This document shows, one piece after another, positions 30,281-39,854 of a DNA stretch of 64,000 bases. The DNA is from a virus (Duplodnaviria; Caudoviricetes): positions 678 to 64,677 of IMG/VR virus record IMGVR_UViG_3300030376_005231; one strand, written 5' to 3'. Made by a program: the position numbers and the translations under genes. The notes below the pieces were generated by a model, which saw only the letters and a program-made list of their open reading frames with translations, was not told the DNA's origin and did not search any database. Position 1 is the first letter of the stretch, and each line of letters begins with the position of its first letter.

Positions 30281-33200
30281 ATGGCAAATATACAAAAGAA
30301 TTTTATACAGGGTAAAATGAATAAAAGCGTTGATGAACGCTTAATTCCTAATGGTCAATATATAGATGCTTTAAATGTTAGATTAGGTTCTACGGAAGCT
30401 TCAGAAATTGGTTCAGTAGAAAACTCAAAAGGTAATACAAAAGTTACAACACTTTCTTTTAATGGAACTGATTTAAGTACAAATGCAAGATGTATTGGTG
30501 CTTATGAAGATGGTTCTAATGAAACCATTTACTTTTTTGTACATGACCCTTCTTATACTGTAGGAACTACAGGTAAAATTGATATGATTGTTTCGTTTGA
30601 TGAACAGAATGACATAACTACTTATCATGTAGTTACAATGAAAGAAGGAACAAGCGGTACTAATACAACTTTAAATTTTGACCCAAAGTTTTTAATACAC
30701 TCTATAAATAAAGTTGAAGACTTATTGTTTTTTACTGACAATATTAATCCTCCTCGTTTTATAAATGTTAAAAGAAATTATCAAGAACCTTTTAATAATA
30801 TAGATGTTACTACAGCTGAATCTTTATTGGTTATTAAAAAACCTCCTACTACAAGTCCTTCATTCAGTTTATTTAACTCACCTCAAGAAAATAATTATTT
30901 AGAAGACAAGCTTATTTGTTTTGCGTATCGATATGAATATCAAGATGATGATTATTCCGCTACTTCACAATGGTCAAAGCCTGCGTTTTTACCTAAACCC
31001 TTTTCTATAGGTATTGATGATAAGTTAAATAATGGTATGGAGAATGCTAGAAATGGTGTTTCCGTAACTTACAATACAGGAAGTGCTTTAGTAAAGTCTA
31101 TTGAGGTTTTGTTTAAAGAGTCAAATAAAAATACTATAAACGTAATAGATAAATTTGATAAAGCAGAAAATGGTTTTGTAGACAATCTAGATGTAACTTT
31201 TGAATTTGATAGTAATCAAATTTTTACAATATTAAACTCAGACCAACTTGGAAGATTATATGATGCTGTACCCTTAAAGGCAAAAACACAAACTTTAATG
31301 GGTAACAGATTAATTTATGGTAATTATATTGAAGGATATAATTTAACATCTTCTAATGGAGAGCCTATTAATTTAGATTATACAACAACACTTGTAAGCA
31401 AACCAATAGGATTAAACGATGTGCCTACAGCGTTAAGTGACGGAACATACACAATAGACACTACAGCAGGAACTCAAACAATTACTAATTCAATTATCAC
31501 ATTGGATTTAAGTGATTTTGATTTAATAACAGGTGCTCAAATATCTTTTGATATAAGACTTGTGCATTTTTCATTTACAGGAACTCCTGCTCCAAGTCAA
31601 ACAGTAGAACAATTAGATTTATCATTTACATATACATTACCAACAAATTATAATTCGGTTACTTCTTTAGTAAACTCTACAGAATTTCAAGCTACTGTAG
31701 GTCCGGGTCAGCCAATTTCAACTGCATGTTCTGCAGGAACAACTTGGACAGATGAATATAATTGTTTGATGCCAAATGTTTTAGGTTCTCTTTTTGCATA
31801 TACTTCAGGAATAGGTCCTGTTACTTATCCGGCAGTTGGTTCAATAACAGCTACGGTTTCAGGAGACTCTATTATTGTGCAGATTCCTGCAATGCAATGG
31901 GTAAATAATGTAACCACACCTACTCAAACAATAACAGAATATTTTAGTATTCAAACTAGCCAAGCAACTTTTCAAAAAATAAGTGATACAGAAAGCTTAC
32001 ATAGTAATAGAGACTATGCAGTTGGTATTGTTTATATGGATGATTTTGGTCGTTCATCTACAGCTTTACTAGCTCCTAACTCTTCAGTTCATGTACCATG
32101 TTCCGTTTCAGATTTTAAAAACAATATTGACATAGAAATACCTACAAATATGTTACCGCCTTTTTGGGCAAAAAGATATAAGTTTGTTTTAAAACCATCA
32201 GAAACTACATACGAAACTATATATAGTAATTTATTTATAAATGACCCAAATGCAGCAGGTTATTGGTTTTTGTTAGAGGGAGAGAATGTAGAAAAAATTT
32301 CTGAAGGACAAAGACTTAATGTTAAAGCTGATACGTCAGGCTCGGTAAGTAACTGTGCTGTTGCTACAGTTTTAGAAAAAGTTTCTCAACAATCAGGATT
32401 TATAAAATTTGATTCTTCTTTTTCTTCAAATCAAATAGATGCACCGGCAGGAACATACATGCGTATAGTTCCTAATGACTTTAATGTAATTTTAGATGAA
32501 GGAGCTGTTCAGTTTAAAGAAAATGAAAAGTGTACAGATAATTCAGGAAATTCTCCTATGGCTGCATGTTTAGTCAATCGAGGTGATACCTCATCGGGTC
32601 AGCCTTCCGGATATTTATATAGTGACTATACTATTCCTGAAGGTAGTCGTATAAAATTATATTTTAGATTTAGACGTTTAGGAACAGGTGATGGTAACAA
32701 TGCATGTGAAAGAAGAATTTATGAATTAGATTTAGATTTGGTTTCTTCAGCTAACTATGCTAATTTTCAAGAATGGTTTGATGGTGACAATATTGGATTG
32801 AGACTTGATGATGGATTATGGACAGGTGGAAGTACATCAGCCGGAAATCCTCCAACAAATACTTTATTATCTAATCGTACGTTTGCTTTTAATAACAGAC
32901 CTACAGAAGTTGAAGCAGGTATGACTGCAAATAGTGTAACTGATAATAAATATAGATTTGTAAGAAGTACTACAGATAATGGATTATGGTTATGTGCTAC
33001 AGGTACAGAAAGCTGTTCCGGTATTGGGCAAGGTAGTAGAAGGCGTTCATGTTCTAAAATTGAAGTAACTGTTTTTAGAAGTGAAGATACTATAATTTTT
33101 GAAAGTGAACCACAAGAATCTTTGCCGGATGTTTTTTATGAAGGAGACCAAAGCTATCCTATTATTTCAACTACCGGATTACATGGCGGTGGAACAGCTG

Positions 33201-34786
33201 CACAAATTCTTGCAGGAAATAGAACACAAACTACAGCAACTGCAGGTAAAATACAAACAACATTATTTAATTGTTATTCATTTGGAAACGGTGTAGAAAG
33301 TTTTAAAATATTAGATTCTATTGGTGGTCAAGAATTACAAGTTGGTAATAGAGTTACAACAACAGCTAATCAAGAATATAGAGAAGCTCATAGATTTGCA
33401 GATTTAACATATAGTGGCAGGTATAGTGATTTTTCAAATATTAATAGACTAAATGAATTTAATTTTAGTGTAGCAAATTATAAAATATTAGAAGATTCGT
33501 TTGGTCCTGTAGTTAAATTATTTGGTAGAGAGACAGATGTTTTGGTGTTACAAGAAGATAAAATTTCTTATGTATTAGCAGGTAAAAATTTATTAACAGA
33601 TTCTACAGGAGGAGGTGCGGTAGCGTCAGTTCCTGAAGTTTTAGGTACACAAATAGCAAGAAAAGAAGTTTATGGTATCAGTAACAACCCTGAAAGTTTT
33701 GTTTGTTATGGTTCTGACAAATATTTTACAGATTCTAAAAGAGGTGCTGTGTTACAATTGCGTGGTACAAATATGCAAAATGAACAGTTAGCTGTTGTTT
33801 CAGAAATGGGGATGCGTGGATTTTTTAGAGATTTATTTATTAATTCTTTTAATACACAAAAACTTGGAGGTTACGACCCATACATGAATGAATATGTTTT
33901 ATCGAACAATTGTATTTTATTACCCGCAGAAGCACAAGAAGAAAACTGTGGTATATCTATAAATTATGGACTTCTATCTCCATCAACACCACAATCATTT
34001 ATTGTAAGATTAGGACAACCAACGGGTCAAGTAGCAATAACGTATACTGCACCTATTCTTGATATTAATACTACTTTTAAAATTACAGTAGATTATGATG
34101 GAACTGAGGTTGTAAACACAGGTGATATAACAGGAGGTGGCACATCAACTTTTGATAAAAACAATTTACTTGTTAATACAGCTACAGTTAATGTTACAGT
34201 TTCAGGCGGTAACGCACAAAGTTTAGGATTATCTGTCAGCTGTCCACAAGCAGACCAAATTACAGTTAAAACTATTGTTGTTACAAGTGATTCAAGTTCA
34301 GGTTCTTTAATACATACTTATTATGATTATACTGATGCAGCTTTTCAATCAATGAGGACAACTCAATTTGTTCAGTTCGCAAGTGGTACAAGTCCGTTAG
34401 TTTCAAGCTTTGTAGAGGTAACAGGAGGTCAAGGTATTAATGCAATACCAACTGACAACTCGACAGTACAGCTAGGTACAGTATTTAAACCTTCAGATGA
34501 TTATGTGTTTGATACAACATCAGATAGGTTTGGATATTTAAGAAGTGCAACAAATTATAATAACAATTCAACAGATATAACGAATCTATTAACAGCTATA
34601 GATAGTGCGTCAAATTGGTTAACAACAAATACCACATTAGCTCCGGTTAATTATTATGGTGAGTTTACAATGCCAAACAATGATTTAGATTTTTTATATT
34701 TGGTATATGATTTAAGGTCAACCTTTAGATTACAAATGTGTTATTCACCTACAGGTGAGCAAGACGCTTGTTGTGGGTGTTCGTAA
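30281..34786 (+). CDS. Tail stabilisation / nozzle protein
   Basis: 1501 aa; F..GKMNKSVDERLIPNGQYIDALNVR N-terminus; beta-propeller-like motifs (LLFFTDNINPPRFINV, YGISNNPESF, YFTDSKRGAVL). Confidence 0.75.
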   Translation: MANIQKNFIQGKMNKSVDERLIPNGQYIDALNVRLGSTEASEIGSVENSKGNTKVTTLSFNGTDLSTNARCIGAYEDGSNETIYFFVHDPSYTVGTTGKIDMIVSFDEQNDITTYHVVTMKEGTSGTNTTLNFDPKFLIHSINKVEDLLFFTDNINPPRFINVKRNYQEPFNNIDVTTAESLLVIKKPPTTSPSFSLFNSPQENNYLEDKLICFAYRYEYQDDDYSATSQWSKPAFLPKPFSIGIDDKLNNGMENARNGVSVTYNTGSALVKSIEVLFKESNKNTINVIDKFDKAENGFVDNLDVTFEFDSNQIFTILNSDQLGRLYDAVPLKAKTQTLMGNRLIYGNYIEGYNLTSSNGEPINLDYTTTLVSKPIGLNDVPTALSDGTYTIDTTAGTQTITNSIITLDLSDFDLITGAQISFDIRLVHFSFTGTPAPSQTVEQLDLSFTYTLPTNYNSVTSLVNSTEFQATVGPGQPISTACSAGTTWTDEYNCLMPNVLGSLFAYTSGIGPVTYPAVGSITATVSGDSIIVQIPAMQWVNNVTTPTQTITEYFSIQTSQATFQKISDTESLHSNRDYAVGIVYMDDFGRSSTALLAPNSSVHVPCSVSDFKNNIDIEIPTNMLPPFWAKRYKFVLKPSETTYETIYSNLFINDPNAAGYWFLLEGENVEKISEGQRLNVKADTSGSVSNCAVATVLEKVSQQSGFIKFDSSFSSNQIDAPAGTYMRIVPNDFNVILDEGAVQFKENEKCTDNSGNSPMAACLVNRGDTSSGQPSGYLYSDYTIPEGSRIKLYFRFRRLGTGDGNNACERRIYELDLDLVSSANYANFQEWFDGDNIGLRLDDGLWTGGSTSAGNPPTNTLLSNRTFAFNNRPTEVEAGMTANSVTDNKYRFVRSTTDNGLWLCATGTESCSGIGQGSRRRSCSKIEVTVFRSEDTIIFESEPQESLPDVFYEGDQSYPIISTTGLHGGGTAAQILAGNRTQTTATAGKIQTTLFNCYSFGNGVESFKILDSIGGQELQVGNRVTTTANQEYREAHRFADLTYSGRYSDFSNINRLNEFNFSVANYKILEDSFGPVVKLFGRETDVLVLQEDKISYVLAGKNLLTDSTGGGAVASVPEVLGTQIARKEVYGISNNPESFVCYGSDKYFTDSKRGAVLQLRGTNMQNEQLAVVSEMGMRGFFRDLFINSFNTQKLGGYDPYMNEYVLSNNCILLPAEAQEENCGISINYGLLSPSTPQSFIVRLGQPTGQVAITYTAPILDINTTFKITVDYDGTEVVNTGDITGGGTSTFDKNNLLVNTATVNVTVSGGNAQSLGLSVSCPQADQITVKTIVVTSDSSSGSLIHTYYDYTDAAFQSMRTTQFVQFASGTSPLVSSFVEVTGGQGINAIPTDNSTVQLGTVFKPSDDYVFDTTSDRFGYLRSATNYNNNSTDITNLLTAIDSASNWLTTNTTLAPVNYYGEFTMPNNDLDFLYLVYDLRSTFRLQMCYSPTGEQDACCGCS

Positions 34787-34797
34787 AATAAAATAAA

Positions 34798-35745
34798 ATG
34801 GGAATAACGGTAAATTATTATTTAGATACAAACGATTTTCAAACAGCTACAGCTGTTTATACAGACAATGCTTTGTCCGTATTAGCACCTGATGGATGGT
34901 ATTCTTATAATAATAGATGGCGAAGACAAACAGGCGGTACGTTAGGTGCAGTTGGTGTATGTCCATCTTGTAATCAAGCGTGTTCATCACAACCTTTTTT
35001 AAGTGCCTTTTCATATTTTATGGGAAGTACAACAGAAGGTCCGGGTGTTTATAATTTAACAATTGATACAGGTAACGCAGCGGGAATTAGTAGAATGTTT
35101 CTTAGTCAAAACGCTAATGATTGTTATGGAATTCAAATAGTACATAACTCAACAGTAGTAAACGATTGGATTACGGGAGAAGGATATCAATCACCGGGTA
35201 ATAATGATGCCATATGGATGGGAGATACTTCACTAGCTGCAGGCACTTCAGTAACCAATCAACCATCGTTTACATGGAATGGCACATCGTGGGTACAATC
35301 CCCAACTAATGTTGGTTATACAGTTAATAGTACTACAAATTTTACAACAACACAAGACCCTAATAATTTAGCTGTATTTTCAAAAACTACAGCGGTTAGT
35401 ACGACTGTACAAATTACTGTTTTAATTCCTCCTTTATCAGTTTCAGGTGTTAATACAAACGTTTTATTTTCTCCGGTATGTTCTGCATTATTAGTTGCAA
35501 CACCTTATAACGCAACATCTTTTGCAAATCCTGTAGATGCATGTAATGCTACAGGAACAACTGATGACCTTTACATTGCTTCAGGAACTACTGCAGTAAA
35601 TAATTCACTTGTGAAGTATTCTTATGCATTTACAAACACATTTGGAACTTCAGCTGTAGGAGCGGGATATTATAAAACAAGTACGGGATATATGCAGGTT
35701 GATAGTAACGGAGTAGTAATCGATGTAGGCACATGTCCTCCTTAA
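34798..35745 (+). CDS. Virion structural protein (tail-associated)
   Basis: T/S/N rich; APDGWYS...RRQ.GG.L....CPSC motif. Confidence 0.55.
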   Translation: MGITVNYYLDTNDFQTATAVYTDNALSVLAPDGWYSYNNRWRRQTGGTLGAVGVCPSCNQACSSQPFLSAFSYFMGSTTEGPGVYNLTIDTGNAAGISRMFLSQNANDCYGIQIVHNSTVVNDWITGEGYQSPGNNDAIWMGDTSLAAGTSVTNQPSFTWNGTSWVQSPTNVGYTVNSTTNFTTTQDPNNLAVFSKTTAVSTTVQITVLIPPLSVSGVNTNVLFSPVCSALLVATPYNATSFANPVDACNATGTTDDLYIASGTTAVNNSLVKYSYAFTNTFGTSAVGAGYYKTSTGYMQVDSNGVVIDVGTCPP

Positions 35746-35755
35746 AATTTAAAAT

Positions 35756-36586
35756 ATGAGTTGTACAAACATGACAGTAAGTTATAGCGATGGTGTAAAA
35801 GGATTTCCTTCTTTTTATTCTTATCATCCTAATTATATGATAGGTATGAATAATTACTTCTATTCATTTGATAAGGGTAATCTTTACCGTCATAACAGCA
35901 ACGAAAGAAGAAATAGTTATTATGGAGTAGATTACAATTCAACCATTACAAGTGTATTTAATGAATCTCCTTTAGAAAATAAATTATTTAAAACAATTAA
36001 TTTAGAATCTGATTCTTCGTGGAGTGTAGATTTTACAAGCGATATACAAACTACAGGATATATAAACAGCACATCATTTGTTAAAAAAGAAGGTGCGTGG
36101 TTTGCGTATTTAAGAACTGAAGGTTCGGTTGCAGGAATAGGAACACCTATTGACAGCCAACAATATCCTTTACGCTCTATTATGGGTATAATGAATAGTG
36201 CAGCTAGAGGTGGTACTGTAGCTAATCCTATTGTACAATTTGATATTGGTGTAAACTCTAGTTTAGCTTCATATATAAATCCACAAATAAATGTAAATGA
36301 TTTTCTTTATTGGAGTGATTTAACAGGAACTAACGAATTAACTTACGCAGGCAAGATACAGTCTATAACTTACTCAGCTATTAATGGTATTGTAAGTATT
36401 TTAATTGATGCTGCGGGAGCTGTAGTTATACCTGCGGGAACATTATATTTTGCAGCTGTAAAAGACCAAGTTGCAGAATCATATGGTATACTAGGTCATT
36501 ATGGTAGATTTACTTTAACTAATAGTGATATTACAGCTACAGAGTTATTTGCTGTAGAGTCAGATGTTATGAAAAGTTATCCTTAA
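35756..36586 (+). CDS. Tail protein, similar to a nozzle C-terminal segment
   Basis: GFPSFYSY.P..M....N.FYSF..G.LY.HN, KLFKTINLES. Confidence 0.55.
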   Translation: MSCTNMTVSYSDGVKGFPSFYSYHPNYMIGMNNYFYSFDKGNLYRHNSNERRNSYYGVDYNSTITSVFNESPLENKLFKTINLESDSSWSVDFTSDIQTTGYINSTSFVKKEGAWFAYLRTEGSVAGIGTPIDSQQYPLRSIMGIMNSAARGGTVANPIVQFDIGVNSSLASYINPQINVNDFLYWSDLTGTNELTYAGKIQSITYSAINGIVSILIDAAGAVVIPAGTLYFAAVKDQVAESYGILGHYGRFTLTNSDITATELFAVESDVMKSYP

Positions 36587-36606
36587 AATTAGTATCTTTG
36601 TGCTAA

Positions 36607-37014
36607 ATGAAATTTAATGTAAGGGTACTTAGTGAAAGTGACTATGAAAATATCTTAGTAGGATGGTGGAAAGATTGGGAATGGACTCCTCCTGTTAAAG
36701 ATTTTTTACCTTTGGATGGGGTAGGTGGTTTAATTGTTGAGTGGGATGGAACTCCTGTTTGTGCAGGTTTTATTTATAATACAAACAGTAAGGTTGCGTG
36801 GATTGATTGGATAGTATCTAATAAAAAATTTAGAGAAAAACCTCACAGAAAAGACGGACTTAATTTGTTAATACAAACACTAACAGATGTAGCTCGAAAA
36901 ACAAAATATAAATATGTATATGCTCACAATAATAATATTAATTTAATAAACACATTTTTAGCTAACGGATATTTAAAGGGGAGTAAAAGTACAGAATTAA
37001 TAAAAAATTTATAA
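36607..37014 (+). CDS. GNAT-fold acetyltransferase-like protein
   Basis: GLIVEWDGTPVCAGFIY...WIDWIVSNKKFR...GLNLLIQTL...YKYVYA...LINTFLANGY. Confidence 0.6.
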   Translation: MKFNVRVLSESDYENILVGWWKDWEWTPPVKDFLPLDGVGGLIVEWDGTPVCAGFIYNTNSKVAWIDWIVSNKKFREKPHRKDGLNLLIQTLTDVARKTKYKYVYAHNNNINLINTFLANGYLKGSKSTELIKNL

Positions 37015-37949
37015 TGGGATTAGAAACAGCAGCAATATTAGGAATAGCAAGTTTAGCAATGTCTGCAGGAACTACTGTGGCATCAGGTGCAGCAGCAGCA
37101 AAACAACGAAGAATTCAAGCGGGAGCAGAAGAAGATGCTGACAGATTCATGAAAGAAGCTAGAGGAAAACTTGAAGTAAACGAATATGATGAGTTAAGTA
37201 TTAACAGCTTAGTTTATGACAATCAAAGAGAAGAGCTTTCTAAAGTTGGTGCAGCACTTATAGAAAATGCTCAACAATCAGATAGACCTAATATGGGTGC
37301 TCAATCAATTGTTGATGCAGTCAATAAAGCCAATACATCTATAACTGAAAAAGAAGTAAAAGAATTACAAGATTTAGATTTAGTTCAAGCTGAAGAAGCT
37401 ACAAGGAAAGGTGATATAGGTATACAATTAGATTTAGGTGAACTTGCAGGTGCACAAAAGAAAGCGGCTGATGCTGAAGAGCTAGCTCAAAAATTTAAAG
37501 GAGACTTTTTAAAGCAAATTCCTCAAACAGCGATGGCTGCAGTATCTACACTAGCTCCTGTGTTTGGTAAGAATGCTCAAACAAGAGGTATAGAAAATTT
37601 TGAGTTTGGTGGCATGACAGGTATTGAAGGAATACAATCTAAACTTAGTGACCCTGATTTTGTAGCATCTTTAGATGGTAAAGGGTTTGGTTCTCTTTCA
37701 GCAGAAGATATAACAAGTATAGGTGGTATGGAAGGTAATCAATTAGAAGATTTTATTAGAGGTAATTTATCGGGTGCTAACATGAAATATTTAATGAACC
37801 CTGATAAAGGTAATGCAAATCCTTTTATAGCATCGTCAAATCAATATAATCAAATGTTTAAGGATGCAGGATTGACGAGTGGTACAAATTCACAAGCAGA
37901 TTTAATTGCACAATTAGAAACTGCATTAGCAAAACTAAAGAAAGGATAA
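37014..37949 (+). CDS. Putative ejection (internal virion) protein
   Basis: N-terminal AAILGIASLAMSAGTTVASGAAAAKQRR, A/G-rich helical; position. Confidence 0.6.
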   Translation: MGLETAAILGIASLAMSAGTTVASGAAAAKQRRIQAGAEEDADRFMKEARGKLEVNEYDELSINSLVYDNQREELSKVGAALIENAQQSDRPNMGAQSIVDAVNKANTSITEKEVKELQDLDLVQAEEATRKGDIGIQLDLGELAGAQKKAADAEELAQKFKGDFLKQIPQTAMAAVSTLAPVFGKNAQTRGIENFEFGGMTGIEGIQSKLSDPDFVASLDGKGFGSLSAEDITSIGGMEGNQLEDFIRGNLSGANMKYLMNPDKGNANPFIASSNQYNQMFKDAGLTSGTNSQADLIAQLETALAKLKKG

Positions 37950-37950
37950 T

Positions 37951-39843
37951 ATGGCAACTAATTTTGGATACATAAGAAGAGACCAAGATGCTAGAGTAAA
38001 TTGGCAAGAGGTTGGCAAAAACGCTAGTGATTCTATACAAGCTGAAATAGACAGAAGACAAACTATTAAAGATGATATAGCTGCAGATTCTTCTGCATTA
38101 GATGCACAAATATATGAGAACATTGATAGCGATAACGCAGACCTTGCATCGGAAATGTTAAGTGTAGCTAATTTAGTTTCAGAAGCTAGGCTTCGTCAAG
38201 ACCAAGCCTTACAAAATGGTTCTTTAAAACTTAAAGACTACACCATTCAAAGAAACAACCTTAAACAGGGTGTCGCTAATATTAGCGAAATGAATAAATC
38301 TAAAATAAAAATAGATGCTGATTTTCAAGCATTAGTTCAAGACGGAACAATAAATCCACAATCGGTTGCTGTTAAAGCATACAACGAACAATTTGAAAAC
38401 CTAAACAATTATGGTGTTCAGTTAGATGAATTTGGAAATCCTTATTTAGCTAAAAGAATTAAAATAAAAGATGACGTTACCGGTGTTGTTACTGAAACTT
38501 TTTCTACTGACCCTAATGATATATACAGTATAAAAGGTGCAAGAGCAAACATGGGTCAAATATTAAAACAAAAAGATTTTACTAAAGCGGTAAAAGACTA
38601 TGCAGGTTTAGCAGGAACTATGTGGCAAAAATCAGGAGGAGGATTTAAATCTGTAGATGACGCATGGCAAAACAAAAACTTTAGAAAATTAATTGAAGCT
38701 GAAATTAGAGCTGATTTAACTAACCCTGATTTTGCATCAGGATTTGCAGGTCAGTATTTACAAGGTTATGAATATGCATTTTTAAAAGGAGATGAAAAAG
38801 CTAAAGCTAATCAGATTCCTTTAGTTCAAATAAATGGTCGTTGGACATTTGATACGGATAGTGCACAAGGTAAAAAGATTGTTAATGAGTCTGTTGAGAA
38901 GTTAATAGAGATGACTAGAGGTGGAATGTCTAGAGAAGAAGTTGGTTATAGTGCGTCTGAAATATCAGGTTTTAGAGAAAATAAAGTAGAAAGACAAGAT
39001 TTTGACGAAGATGTTTTCCAAGTAGGACAACTATATAAGGCTACATCGGAACAGCAAATAAGAGATGCTATGGTTTACTTTGGTCTTAAAAACGATAAAG
39101 AATATAAAGTAATAAGTTCAGATGGTAATACACTAACTATTAGTGATGGTACAGAGACTGTTACAATTGATAGAAATGTAGATGCTGAAAGTTTCATAGA
39201 GCAAGCAGGATTATTTTTAGGAGCTGATAATATAGGTAGAGCGAAAAAAAATAAGAGATATTTAGAGTGGGGATTTGAAACTGTAAATGGCAAACAAGTT
39301 CTAAGAAATCAGCCTTCGGTTATATCAGATGAAATTAATTTTACTATAACTCAAAATCCTAAAGCAGAAGAACCGGGTAAAATTATTACAAGTGCTTCGG
39401 TATTAGATGGAGAAGATTTAGTACCTGCTACTGAAGCTTTTAAAAAGAGTTATAAGGATAATCCATTTACAAGTATTAAAACTGAATTCGAAAGATTTGG
39501 TAAAGGTGAAGTTATAAAAGTACAAAATCAATTTAAAATTAAGATGCCGGGTGTTACAACAATGCCTTTAATTATTCCTAACAACCTATCTTATGAGAAG
39601 ATGTTAGAAATATTAACTGTATTAGAATCTAATTCTTCTATGAGTCAAAATGATGTGAACGAATTACTTGCTGTACCGATAAGCAAAAAACAATGGTTGA
39701 TAAGAAATGGTTATGCTACATTCGGTCAAAGAGGAGAAGACGCATGGAATGGTGGTAACGGAGGAGGTGGTTCTGACGAAAGTTCTGACGAAAGTTCATC
39801 TGAAAGTAATTTCAATTGGTCACAAGCTTCATCAGGCAACTAA
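37951..39843 (+). CDS. Putative ejection (internal virion) protein
   Basis: Helical 630 aa between ejection-like gene and giant gene. Confidence 0.55.
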   Translation: MATNFGYIRRDQDARVNWQEVGKNASDSIQAEIDRRQTIKDDIAADSSALDAQIYENIDSDNADLASEMLSVANLVSEARLRQDQALQNGSLKLKDYTIQRNNLKQGVANISEMNKSKIKIDADFQALVQDGTINPQSVAVKAYNEQFENLNNYGVQLDEFGNPYLAKRIKIKDDVTGVVTETFSTDPNDIYSIKGARANMGQILKQKDFTKAVKDYAGLAGTMWQKSGGGFKSVDDAWQNKNFRKLIEAEIRADLTNPDFASGFAGQYLQGYEYAFLKGDEKAKANQIPLVQINGRWTFDTDSAQGKKIVNESVEKLIEMTRGGMSREEVGYSASEISGFRENKVERQDFDEDVFQVGQLYKATSEQQIRDAMVYFGLKNDKEYKVISSDGNTLTISDGTETVTIDRNVDAESFIEQAGLFLGADNIGRAKKNKRYLEWGFETVNGKQVLRNQPSVISDEINFTITQNPKAEEPGKIITSASVLDGEDLVPATEAFKKSYKDNPFTSIKTEFERFGKGEVIKVQNQFKIKMPGVTTMPLIIPNNLSYEKMLEILTVLESNSSMSQNDVNELLAVPISKKQWLIRNGYATFGQRGEDAWNGGNGGGGSDESSDESSSESNFNWSQASSGN

Positions 39844-39854
39844 AACACAGGTTT

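Noticed and set aside
39772-39800. 12-nt tandem repeat TTCTGACGAAAG, containing CUGA/GAAA-like words
   Set aside because: Encodes a low-complexity SDES linker; no stems for a ribozyme
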